From: an uncultured Polaribacter sp.
Lineage (GTDB): Bacteria; Bacteroidota; Bacteroidia; Flavobacteriales; Flavobacteriaceae
DNA length: 64,000 bases
Direction: 5' to 3'
NCBI GenBank assembly: GCA_913047375.1
Contig: CAJWTV010000004.1
Span: 12,428-76,427 of the forward strand
The notes under the pieces were generated by a model. It searched no databases and was not told the DNA's origin. It was given only the letters and a program-made list of their open reading frames with translations. Made by a program: the position numbers and the translations under genes. Positions 20,106 through 29,552 of the stretch are shown one piece after another (within the stretch, counting starts at the first letter, position 1; each line of letters opens with the position of its first letter).

Positions 20106-21431
20106 TTATCTAAATACTTTATTTGGAAATGTAACGATACTTTCATAACCATTTTTTCCAACAGCTGCGACACCAAAAAAGAAGTTGTCAATAACAATTC
20201 CTTTTAAAGTAAATTCGCTGCTTTCAACATATCGACTTTGGTCCCAAGTAGGAGATGTCGTATCTCTCCAATAAATCTTATAACCTTTAGCACTGGGTAC
20301 TTTATTCCATTTAAGTTTTACCGAAGCTTGAACTATACCACCAATTTCTAAGGTCTTAGGGGCTGGAGGAGCAAATGCTAAACTTGCTATTGTAATTGCA
20401 TTTACAGCTGTTAGTTTTTTTGCATAACCAAAGTTTACATGCTCAAAAGTATCACCATACTTAATACCATTTTCAATTCTAATATCCTGATGTTGCTGTG
20501 TATAGTTTTCATGGGCTTCCATAATTCTAATCCCAGCATATCCTAGATCATTAAATGGCCTATGATGACCACCACGGCCAAAACGATCTAATCTATATAT
20601 CATCATTGGATTCATTTCAGGCATATAGGTTTTTACAGTTTTGTGAGTATATCTTGCTAACTGTCGAGAAATACCATCTACTTCTCCACCATAAAAACGT
20701 CGCATTCTTCTTTCTTTTTGTGTTTCGTTAGCTGGAACAGGTTCAGAAAAAATTCTAAAAGCCCTATTATCTATTATACCATCTTCTCCTGTAATATTTC
20801 CAATCATATCATTATTTAATACCCCAATAATATCCCAGCCTTTTTTCTTAGCATACCTTGCAAGCCCAGCACCTCCAAATAATCCCTGTTCTTCGCCCGA
20901 GAGGCCAACATAAATAATACTACTTTCAAACTTATATTTCGATAGGACCCTAGCAGCTTCTATAGTTCCTGCCATCCCAGAAGCATTGTCATTTGCACCT
21001 GGTGCATCTTCTGTAAAATTAGATCCATCACTATTTCTGGAATCAATATCACCACTCATAATTATAAATCTGTTTGGGTACTTTGTTCCAATTTGGATAG
21101 CAACTACATTTACAACCCACGCATCGTGAGGAACTCTTTCACTCATTTTTGTTGTAACTAAATCTTTTTGGTAAAAAACTTTCATGCAATTATTGCAGTC
21201 TTTAGAAATAGTTTCAAATTCAGATTTTATCCAACGTCTTGCAGCACCAATTCCCCGAGTACTAGAAATTGTATCAGAAAAGGTGTTTCTAGTTCCGAAC
21301 TCTGTAAGGATTTTTATATCTTTTTTAATTCTATCTTCAGAAACTGCATTGATAATATCATATATTTTTTGATCAGTTTGGCTAAAAACACAAGTAGTGG
21401 TCAGTATAAACAATAGACATAAATATTTCAT
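20106..21431 (-). CDS. M28-family peptidase with C-terminal fibronectin-III-like domain
   Basis: Signal peptide, PGANDNASG, GEEQGL and LNNDMIG. Confidence 0.9.
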   Translation of the reverse strand: MKYLCLLFILTTTCVFSQTDQKIYDIINAVSEDRIKKDIKILTEFGTRNTFSDTISSTRGIGAARRWIKSEFETISKDCNNCMKVFYQKDLVTTKMSERVPHDAWVVNVVAIQIGTKYPNRFIIMSGDIDSRNSDGSNFTEDAPGANDNASGMAGTIEAARVLSKYKFESSIIYVGLSGEEQGLFGGAGLARYAKKKGWDIIGVLNNDMIGNITGEDGIIDNRAFRIFSEPVPANETQKERRMRRFYGGEVDGISRQLARYTHKTVKTYMPEMNPMMIYRLDRFGRGGHHRPFNDLGYAGIRIMEAHENYTQQHQDIRIENGIKYGDTFEHVNFGYAKKLTAVNAITIASLAFAPPAPKTLEIGGIVQASVKLKWNKVPSAKGYKIYWRDTTSPTWDQSRYVESSEFTLKGIVIDNFFFGVAAVGKNGYESIVTFPNKVFR

Positions 21432-21593
21432 AAAGTTAGAGTTGTTAAAAATTACTATTTTTTAAAGATAATAAACTTTTTAAAAAGCACATTCTAATAA
21501 AAAATATTTGACAAAATCATATAAATCAGTATTATTGTACTTTAAAAAAAAATCAAAAATATCAAAAGGTTTAAAAAACATATAAGTTTCCTA

Positions 21594-21878
21594 TTGCTGA
21601 TATTCTTTTTATCACCAATAATACTGCTCTCTTTACATGTATTTAGCAATCATGAGCATGCTGTTTGTTTTTCTAAAATAGAAACTCATATACATGAAGT
21701 AGATGTAGATTGTGATTTACATTTATTAAAACAAAATAATACTTTTTTTGAAAAACAAGATTTTAAACAGACGCTTTTAGTATTCATTAAAGTACAAGAA
21801 GTTTTAAAATATAATTTTTTAAAAAATCATCATCAATTATCGTTCTCATTAAGAGGACCACCTTCATCAATCATTTAA
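21594..21878 (+). CDS. His/Cys-rich small secretory protein ending in LRGPP (DUF2946-like leader, candidate arrest peptide); start uncertain
   Basis: Hydrophobic N-terminus, HVFSNHEHAVC..ETHIHE..DCDLH, C-terminal LRGPP; directly upstream of a TonB-dependent receptor. Confidence 0.8.
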   Translation: MLIFFLSPIILLSLHVFSNHEHAVCFSKIETHIHEVDVDCDLHLLKQNNTFFEKQDFKQTLLVFIKVQEVLKYNFLKNHHQLSFSLRGPPSSII

Positions 21879-21894
21879 AATATAAAATTTCTTT

Positions 21895-21930
21895 AAACTA
21901 AGTATATCTCAAGAGGTATAGCTAGTTTTT
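21895..21930 (+). terminator. Terminator/attenuator-like hairpin between the leader ORF and the TonB receptor
   Basis: AAACTA..TATATCT-caag-AGGTATA..TAGTTT stem ending in T5. Confidence 0.45.
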
Positions 21931-22071
21931 ACTTTCAAATCTATAAAAAAATAGAAATTTTATATTTTAAACTTCAATTTCCCTAGCATTTAGGTTTTTC
22001 AAATTTATCTCTAACAAATCTCTGTGGGATATCTCAGCTCAAAACAGTCTTAATTTAAATCATTAAAAAAA

Positions 22072-24465
22072 ATGATAAAACAATTTTGTTTATGTCTCAT
22101 TGTATGTTTTATGTTTACAACTACAATTGCACAAAATTGCCAGTATTCTTTAAAAGGAAAGATTAGTGATTTCCATGATAATTCATCCATTATTGGTGCT
22201 TCTTTACAAATAGTAAATTCAAATAAAAATACTATTACAAATTTTGATGGTTCATTTGAATTTAAAAATTTATGTAAAGGAAAAATCACAATAGTTATAA
22301 AGCATGTTGCTTGTGAATCAAAAACAATTTCTTTTATAATAAGTAAAGATATCGTCAAAGAAATTACTTTAGAACATCATTTAGAAGAATTAGAAGAGGT
22401 TGTTGTTAAATCCGAATCTAAGTCAGAATCTACTAGTATAGAGAAATCTATAAAGAAAGATATAATCACTAATTTTTCAGATAAATCTCTAGGAGATGCT
22501 TTAAATACTTTAAGTGGTGTGTCTTCATTAAATACTGGAAATACTATTGTTAAACCGATGATTCATGGTCTTCATAGTAGTCGATTATTAATTATTAACA
22601 ATAATGTTAGAATGTTTGATCAAGAATGGGGAGACGAGCATGCACCAAATATAGACATGAATGCTAGTGATAGAATTGATGTAATAAAAGGTGCTAATTC
22701 ATTAAAGTTCGGAAGTGATGCAGTTGGAGGCTTAATAGTTGTTAGAGGAAAAAAATATGCTAGAAAAGACAGTTTATTTGGCAGTTCATTAATGTCTTTT
22801 AATTCAAATGGATTTGGAGGTAATCTTAATTCTGAAATTATTAAATCTTACAAGTCAGGATATTATACAAAAGTTCAAATGAGCTATCGTCGTTTTGGAG
22901 ATTTTAAAGCAGCAGACTATTCGCTTACAAATAGTGGCTTAGAAAATATCAATGCTTCCTTTAGATTGGGGTATAATAGTTATCTAAAAGGTTTTGAATT
23001 CTATTATAGCCAAGTAAATAATAAATTTGCTATCTTAAAATCATCACATATTGGAAATGTGAATGATTTGGTAACAGCAATTAATAGTTTAGAACCCAGA
23101 GTTATTAAAGAATTTTCATTTTCAATTGATAATCCTAAACAGTCAATTATACATCATTTAGGAAAAATTGAAGCTTACAAGCGTTTTCAAGGGTTTGGAA
23201 AGTTAACCTTTCAATACGACTTTCAAGTTAATAGACGTCGAGAATTTGATTTGAGAAGAGGTGATTTAAAAAATACTCCAGTAATTGATTTAAGACTGGT
23301 TACAAATAGTATTCAATCTGATTTACAAGTAAAACCGAACGATAACCTTAAATTAAATATTGGTTTTTTAGGAAGGTTTCAACAAAATAATCCTATTTCA
23401 ACAGGCTATAGACCACTGATTCCTAATTTTGATAAATTTGATATGGGTCTTTATACGATAGGCAATTACAGCTTAAATGAGAGCACAGAATTGAATGCAG
23501 GCATTCGATACGACTTCTCTAAAATAAAAGCTAGAAAATGGTATAACATAACAGATTGGAATGAAACCTACAACTATGATGAATTATTTCCTGAATTTGA
23601 AACAGGTACCATAGCCGGAGTTAGAATATTTACAAAACCTCAGTATACTTTTCATAATTTTTCTACAGGTTTAGGGCTTTTGAAAAAAATTAATGATGAC
23701 TTATCATTATTCATTAATTATGGATTGGCTAATAGAGTTCCTAACCCTTCAGAATTGTTTAGTGATGGACTACATCATTCCGCTGCAAGAATAGAAAAGG
23801 GGTTATTAAACATAAACAAAGAAACTGCCAATAAGTTTATTGTCTCTATGGAAAGGAATAACAACAACTTTGGGTTTGTTATCAGTCCTTATTTTAAAAA
23901 GATAAATGGATTTATTCAATTGATCCCTGTGGGAATATCAACGACGATTAGGGGTGCATTTCCTGTGTATGAATACAATCAGATTGATGCAGAAATTTAT
24001 GGAATCGATATTGATTTGAATAAAAAAATTAATAATAGACTTGATTACTATGGAAGTATTAGCCTATTAAGAGGAAAAAACACCTCAGAGAACCTCCCTC
24101 TTATTAATATGCCAGCAGCTAACTTTAATAATAAACTAATGTATTTTAATGAAGAATTTAAACAGTTATCTATTAGCATCACTCACAAAACAGTGCTCCA
24201 ACAAAATAGATTTCCAGATTATAACTTCTTTACACTAGATCCAGTTACTCAACAAGACGTATTTGTAGATATCAGTTCTACGCCACCAACATATTCAATA
24301 TTTGGATTGAATATCTCTAGCGCTTTTAATGAAGGAAAGTTACAATTTGAATTGAATGTTGAAAACTTATTTAATACTTCATACAGAGAACATTTAAACA
24401 GGCTTCGATATTTTGCTGACGAATTAGGTAGAAACATCAACTTTAAAATTAAAATCAATTATTAA
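22072..24465 (+). CDS. TonB-dependent receptor, probable transition-metal uptake type
   Basis: Signal peptide, N-terminal CarboxypepD_reg-like domain, plug KPMIHGL..DQEWGDEHAP..IDVIKGA, ELFSDGLHH, C-terminal aromatic residue. Confidence 0.92.
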   Translation: MIKQFCLCLIVCFMFTTTIAQNCQYSLKGKISDFHDNSSIIGASLQIVNSNKNTITNFDGSFEFKNLCKGKITIVIKHVACESKTISFIISKDIVKEITLEHHLEELEEVVVKSESKSESTSIEKSIKKDIITNFSDKSLGDALNTLSGVSSLNTGNTIVKPMIHGLHSSRLLIINNNVRMFDQEWGDEHAPNIDMNASDRIDVIKGANSLKFGSDAVGGLIVVRGKKYARKDSLFGSSLMSFNSNGFGGNLNSEIIKSYKSGYYTKVQMSYRRFGDFKAADYSLTNSGLENINASFRLGYNSYLKGFEFYYSQVNNKFAILKSSHIGNVNDLVTAINSLEPRVIKEFSFSIDNPKQSIIHHLGKIEAYKRFQGFGKLTFQYDFQVNRRREFDLRRGDLKNTPVIDLRLVTNSIQSDLQVKPNDNLKLNIGFLGRFQQNNPISTGYRPLIPNFDKFDMGLYTIGNYSLNESTELNAGIRYDFSKIKARKWYNITDWNETYNYDELFPEFETGTIAGVRIFTKPQYTFHNFSTGLGLLKKINDDLSLFINYGLANRVPNPSELFSDGLHHSAARIEKGLLNINKETANKFIVSMERNNNNFGFVISPYFKKINGFIQLIPVGISTTIRGAFPVYEYNQIDAEIYGIDIDLNKKINNRLDYYGSISLLRGKNTSENLPLINMPAANFNNKLMYFNEEFKQLSISITHKTVLQQNRFPDYNFFTLDPVTQQDVFVDISSTPPTYSIFGLNISSAFNEGKLQFELNVENLFNTSYREHLNRLRYFADELGRNINFKIKINY

Positions 24466-24467
24466 CA

Positions 24468-25037
24468 ATGAAAACAATGAAAACAATCAAATTATTAGCA
24501 GTTCTATTTATCTCTAGCTTTGTTATAACAAGTTGTGGAGATGATGATGTTATAGAAGACCCTAATGTAGAAGAGTTAATTACCACAATTACCTATACTT
24601 TAACCAATGGAAGTGATGTTGTAACACTCAAGTACACTGACCTTGACGGTGAAGGGGGAAGTGATGGTACTTATGCTATTTCTGGTCCATTTACTGCAGG
24701 TGCATCCTATACAGGCTCTATTAAATTAGAAAATGAAACAGAAAGCCCAGCAGAAAATATTACTGAAGAGATTGAAGAAGAAGATGAAGAACATGAATTT
24801 TTCTACACTTCTTCTCTCGACTGCACTTTCTGTAGCTTAGTAATCGATAAAACCGATATAGATGGCAACGGGAATCCTGTAGGTCTTGAAACTTCATTAT
24901 TCTTTGATACTCCAGCTACCGATGGTTCTATCACTGTGGTCTTAAAGCACGAACCTAGCAAACCTAATGATGGAACCTCTGCCGATGCTGGAGGAAGTAC
25001 TGATGTTGAAGTAAGTTTTAACATTACAGTTCTGTAA
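24468..25037 (+). CDS. Acidic surface lipoprotein partner of the TonB receptor
   Basis: Lipobox ITSC followed by acidic GDDD; EELITT, EEHEFFY and LKHEP motifs. Confidence 0.85.
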   Translation: MKTMKTIKLLAVLFISSFVITSCGDDDVIEDPNVEELITTITYTLTNGSDVVTLKYTDLDGEGGSDGTYAISGPFTAGASYTGSIKLENETESPAENITEEIEEEDEEHEFFYTSSLDCTFCSLVIDKTDIDGNGNPVGLETSLFFDTPATDGSITVVLKHEPSKPNDGTSADAGGSTDVEVSFNITVL

Positions 25038-25056
25038 ACATTTTTAACTATTTTAT

Positions 25057-25092
25057 AAAAAGTCTGGAATTTTAAAACTCTAGACTTTTTTT
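25057..25092 (+). terminator. Intrinsic terminator
   Basis: AAAAAGTCTGGA/TCTAGACTTTTT stem followed by T-run. Confidence 0.75.
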
Positions 25093-25242
25093 ATAATTTA
25101 CTTTCACAAATTAAAATTTGACGAATTATAAACTCTTTTAAGTCATAAAAGTACTCGAATCTGAACTGTTTTATTTTAAAAATCACTAATAATCTAACAA
25201 TTGATAGTTAAAGTTTTTTTTATCTATGTCAATATTTTATAT

Positions 25243-25273
25243 AAAAAACCTCTATATTTTCATATAGAGGTTT
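25243..25273 (-). terminator. Intrinsic terminator of htpG
   Basis: AAACCTCTATA/TATAGAGGTTT stem with T-run on the minus strand. Confidence 0.8.
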
Positions 25274-25306
25274 ATGTTTTATAAATTTATATTCTGTAAA
25301 ATATAA

Positions 25307-27217
25307 TTACTTAATTAATTCATAAGAACGTTTGATGAAATTTGTTAAATCTTCACCATGCAAAAGGTTTTGAGATAATTTAGCTAAATCAAATGCTTGA
25401 GAGATTAAGTGTTTTTGTTCTTTTCCATCTTTACTATTAAGGATATTTGTTATTAGCGGACTATTTGTATTGACAACTAAGTTATACATGTCAGGGAAAT
25501 TTCCCATACCCATCATTCCACCTCCACCAGATGCCTGCATCTCTTTCATTCTTCTCATGAATTCTGGAACAGTAATTATGAAAGGAGAGGAGTCAGAGTC
25601 CATTGCTTCTAATTGAACGGTGTAATTTTCTTTAGGAACAGCCGCTTCAATAATCGGTTTTAATATTTCTTTTTCCTTATCAGATAATTTAGAAGGTACA
25701 GTTTCATCTTTCTTAATTAAGTTATCCACATGATCTGAATCTACTCTAGTAAATTTAACTTTTTCTCCAGAAGTTTCAAGCTTTTGCATTAAGTGAGAAA
25801 TAATAGGGGAGTCTAAAACGACAACTTCATAACCTTTAGCAGTTGCATTCTGAATATAACTGTGCTGAGCATCTTTATTAGAGGCATATAGTATAACATG
25901 CTCACCATCCTTATTAGTTTGGTTTACTTTTGTTTTTTCAATTAATTCGTCAAATGTAAAATAAGAATCACTTACAGTTGGATATAAGGCAAATTTCTTT
26001 GCTTTGTCAAAAAATTTATCTTCAGACAACATCCCGTATTCAATTATTACTTTAATATCATTCCATTTTTTCTCAAAATCTTCACGATTGTTTTTGAATA
26101 GTGACGATAACTTGTCTGCTACTTTTTTAGTAATGTATCCTGAAATTTTCTTCACGGCACCATCTGCTTGAAGATAAGATCTGGAAACATTTAAAGGAAT
26201 ATCTGGAGAATCAATTACTCCTTTCAACATTTGTAAGAAATCAGGTACAATACCTTCAACATTATCGGTAACGTAAACTTGATTTTGGTAAAGTTGAATC
26301 TTATCTTTTTGCATATCCATAGAAGGACTTAGCTTTGGAAAGAACAATACACCAGTTAAATTGAAAGGGTAATCTACATTTAAATGAATATGAAATAAAG
26401 ATTCTTCAAATTGAGTTGGGTATAATTCTCTATAAAAGTCAGTGTAATCTTCATCAGTTAGGTCTGCAGGTTTCTTATTCCAAGCAGGCTCTGTGTTATT
26501 AATTATATTATCAATTTCAATTTGTTTATGAGGCTCTGTAGTTTCTTTACCGTCTTTATCTTTAGTTGTTTTTGGGGTAAAATCCGGATCATTTACTTGT
26601 TTAGTTCCAAATTTAATTTGAACTTGATTAAAACGATTATACTTAGATAATAGACCCCTAATTTTCTCTTCTTCAAGAAATTCCTTAGAATCATCTGCAA
26701 TTTGAAGAACTATCTCTGTTCCTCTATCCTTTTTATCATGAGCTACTAAAGTATATTCAGGTGATCCGTCACAAGTCCAATGAGCAGCAGGTTCATCTTT
26801 AAAAGATTTTGTAAAAATATCTACCTTTTCTGCAACCATAAAGGCAGAATAAAAGCCTAGTCCAAAATGTCCAATAACACCGGTCTCATTTTTATCATCC
26901 TTATATTTTTCTAAAAACTCTTCAGCTCCAGAAAAAGCGATTTGATTGATGTATTTTTCAACTTCATCCATCGTCATTCCTAAGCCCTGATCTTTAATAG
27001 TTAGTTTTTTCCCTTTTTTGTCAATACTAATTTCAATTTTAGCATTTCCTAATTCTGTTTTTGCTTCACCAATAGAAATCAAGTGTTTTAATTTCGTAGT
27101 TGCATCAGTACCATTAGAGATTAATTCACGTAAAAAGATTTCATGATCTGAATACAAGAATTTTTTAATCAGTGGAAAAATATTTTCTACGGATACATTA
27201 ATATTTCCTTTTGCCAT
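25307..27217 (-). CDS. htpG: Molecular chaperone HtpG (Hsp90)
   Basis: FLRELISN, IGHFGLGFYS and PLNVSRSYLQ. Confidence 0.97.
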   Translation of the reverse strand: MAKGNINVSVENIFPLIKKFLYSDHEIFLRELISNGTDATTKLKHLISIGEAKTELGNAKIEISIDKKGKKLTIKDQGLGMTMDEVEKYINQIAFSGAEEFLEKYKDDKNETGVIGHFGLGFYSAFMVAEKVDIFTKSFKDEPAAHWTCDGSPEYTLVAHDKKDRGTEIVLQIADDSKEFLEEEKIRGLLSKYNRFNQVQIKFGTKQVNDPDFTPKTTKDKDGKETTEPHKQIEIDNIINNTEPAWNKKPADLTDEDYTDFYRELYPTQFEESLFHIHLNVDYPFNLTGVLFFPKLSPSMDMQKDKIQLYQNQVYVTDNVEGIVPDFLQMLKGVIDSPDIPLNVSRSYLQADGAVKKISGYITKKVADKLSSLFKNNREDFEKKWNDIKVIIEYGMLSEDKFFDKAKKFALYPTVSDSYFTFDELIEKTKVNQTNKDGEHVILYASNKDAQHSYIQNATAKGYEVVVLDSPIISHLMQKLETSGEKVKFTRVDSDHVDNLIKKDETVPSKLSDKEKEILKPIIEAAVPKENYTVQLEAMDSDSSPFIITVPEFMRRMKEMQASGGGGMMGMGNFPDMYNLVVNTNSPLITNILNSKDGKEQKHLISQAFDLAKLSQNLLHGEDLTNFIKRSYELIK

Positions 27218-27350
27218 TTTATATAGTTTTGTTATTTAATTAATTAACAACTCAAAAAAAATACCAAACATTTTATTGTGACAAGATGACAGTTTTTAAA
27301 GTGTTTTATTACTTATTACTAAGCTAAATTATTGTGAAATCAAAATTCAC

Positions 27351-27358
27351 TATTTTTG
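27351..27358 (+). promoter_or_regulatory. -7 element (TATTTTTG) for fabH
   Basis: Exact TAnnTTTG match upstream of the ATG at 27402. Confidence 0.6.
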
Positions 27359-27401
27359 TCATTTAAAATTAATAAACAACTAAAAATTCCAACTATTAAT
27401 T

Positions 27402-28409
27402 ATGTATAACTCAAAAATAACTGGTCTTGGGTTCTTTGTTCCTGAAAATATCGTTACTAATAGTGATTTAAAGGAGTTTATGGAAACTTCTGACGAATGG
27501 ATTGAAGAGAGAACAGGGATTAAAGAAAGACGATGGATTGATCCTAAGACTAGGGAAACCACCTCTACAATGGCTGTTAAGGCATCTAAGATTGCTATAG
27601 AAAGAGCGGGTTTAAACAAAGATGATATCGATTTTATTATTTTTGCAACACTAAGTCCAGATATGTATTTTCCTGGAGGTGGTGTTCGTGTTCAAGATAT
27701 GTTAGATATGCCAACAATCGGTGCTTTAGACGTAAGAAATCAATGTTCTGGATTTATTTATTCCATGTCTGTTGCTGACCAATTTATAAAAACTGGAATG
27801 TATAAAAATATTTTGGTAATTGGTGCAGAAAATCATTCAGGAGGATTGGAGAAATCTACAAGAGGAAGAGGCGTTACAGTTATATTTGGAGATGGAGCAG
27901 GAGCAGCAGTTTTATCACGGAGTGAAGAACAAGGGAGAGGGATTTTATCATCTCATTTACACTCTGAAGGGAAGCATGCAAGAGAATTAATGTTAGATGG
28001 TCCTAATACCGGAAGGTGGATTCCAGAAATAATAGCAGAAAATGACCCAGATGATCAATCGTATTTTCCATATATGAATGGTCAATTTGTATTTAAACAT
28101 GCAGTAACCCGTTTCTCTGAAGTAATAATAGAAGGTTTAAAAGCAAATGATTTAGATAAAGAAGATATAGATATTTTAATTCCTCATCAAGCTAACCTTA
28201 GAATTGCACAATTTATTCAAAAGAAATTTCAATTATCAGACGATAAGGTTTATAACAATATTATGAAGTATGGAAATACAACCGCTGCATCTGTAATCAT
28301 TGCATTAACAGAAGCTTGGGAAAAAGGTAAAATAAAAGAGAATGATTTAGTCGTCTTAGCTGCATTTGGGAGTGGTTTTACTTGGGGATCTGTCGTAATT
28401 CGTTGGTAA
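27402..28409 (+). CDS. fabH: 3-oxoacyl-ACP synthase III
   Basis: ETSDEWI, catalytic QCSGF, PHQAN and YGNT. Confidence 0.93.
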   Translation: MYNSKITGLGFFVPENIVTNSDLKEFMETSDEWIEERTGIKERRWIDPKTRETTSTMAVKASKIAIERAGLNKDDIDFIIFATLSPDMYFPGGGVRVQDMLDMPTIGALDVRNQCSGFIYSMSVADQFIKTGMYKNILVIGAENHSGGLEKSTRGRGVTVIFGDGAGAAVLSRSEEQGRGILSSHLHSEGKHARELMLDGPNTGRWIPEIIAENDPDDQSYFPYMNGQFVFKHAVTRFSEVIIEGLKANDLDKEDIDILIPHQANLRIAQFIQKKFQLSDDKVYNNIMKYGNTTAASVIIALTEAWEKGKIKENDLVVLAAFGSGFTWGSVVIRW

Positions 28410-28450
28410 ATAGAAAGTAATTGAAAAACTAAGCTTTATACTTTTTTTAT

Positions 28451-29476
28451 TTACGAAAAGTCTTCAATATGTTTAATAATAATTTTGTCAAAGTTATCTT
28501 TTAAAGTTTCTGAGAACTTTGTTTCTATGGGTAAATAATTCAAGTCATTTAATTTATTTTTCAGTCTTGAATAGTCTTTTTCAGTAGTTAAAATAATTTT
28601 ATTTTTATTTTTTATTTCTGAAAAGTTCTTTTTAATTTGATTAATTTCTTTGTCAGAAAAATTATGGTGATCAGAATAATTTAAGTGATTGTAATTAACA
28701 TTTAAGTTATTTAAATGATTTAAAAATGGAGTAGAGTCCGCAATTCCTGTAATTAACAAAACTTCATACTCCTTAAGATTAATATTTGAAATTGATTGAC
28801 TTCCCATAGTCTTATTAGCATAAGATACATATGTAAAAAAGATCGGTTTATTAAATTTACTTAGTCTTTTTGTAATATCTTTTTTATCAAATTCAGTTAT
28901 ATTTTTGGGACATTTAGTTATGATGATAATATCTGCCCGTTTTACTCCTTTTTTACTTTCTCTTAAATTACCTGTAGGAAATAAAAAGTCATCAATAAAC
29001 AAATCATTATATTTTGTTAGTAAAATATAAAAACTTGCTTTTACTTTTCTGTGTTGATATGCATCATCTAATAAAATAACTGTTGGGTTTTTAAATGCAA
29101 TTAAATTTGAAATTCCATTTACACGATCTGTATCAACGGCTACATTAATATTATTAAATTTATTAAAGTATTGTAAGGGTTCATCTCCAACTTCTTGAGA
29201 AGTAGATGATTCATTTAATAAAATAAAATCTCTAGTATTTCGATTATATCCTCTACTTAAAACAGAAATTTTATGATTAGCTTTAAGTAAACTGATTAAA
29301 TATTCAATTTGTGGAGTTTTACCTGTCCCCCCCATACTTAAATTACCAACGGCAATTATAGGGATATTAAAAAATGATTTTTTAAAAATTTTTAAATCAA
29401 ATAATATATTACGGATAGAGGTTACTAAGCCATATAAAAACGAAATAGGAAATAATAGATAGCGTAAAATTTTCAT
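28451..29476 (-). CDS. lpxK: Tetraacyldisaccharide 4'-kinase
   Basis: VGNLSMGGTGKTP, SRGY, GDEP, LDDAYQH, YSDHH and TTEKD. Confidence 0.96.
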   Translation of the reverse strand: MKILRYLLFPISFLYGLVTSIRNILFDLKIFKKSFFNIPIIAVGNLSMGGTGKTPQIEYLISLLKANHKISVLSRGYNRNTRDFILLNESSTSQEVGDEPLQYFNKFNNINVAVDTDRVNGISNLIAFKNPTVILLDDAYQHRKVKASFYILLTKYNDLFIDDFLFPTGNLRESKKGVKRADIIIITKCPKNITEFDKKDITKRLSKFNKPIFFTYVSYANKTMGSQSISNINLKEYEVLLITGIADSTPFLNHLNNLNVNYNHLNYSDHHNFSDKEINQIKKNFSEIKNKNKIILTTEKDYSRLKNKLNDLNYLPIETKFSETLKDNFDKIIIKHIEDFS

Positions 29477-29552
29477 TAGTACGAAAATAACTCATTTTTA
29501 TGAATTGATACCCGGAAAATACTAACTTTGGTTTTTGTATAAATTTTATAAA

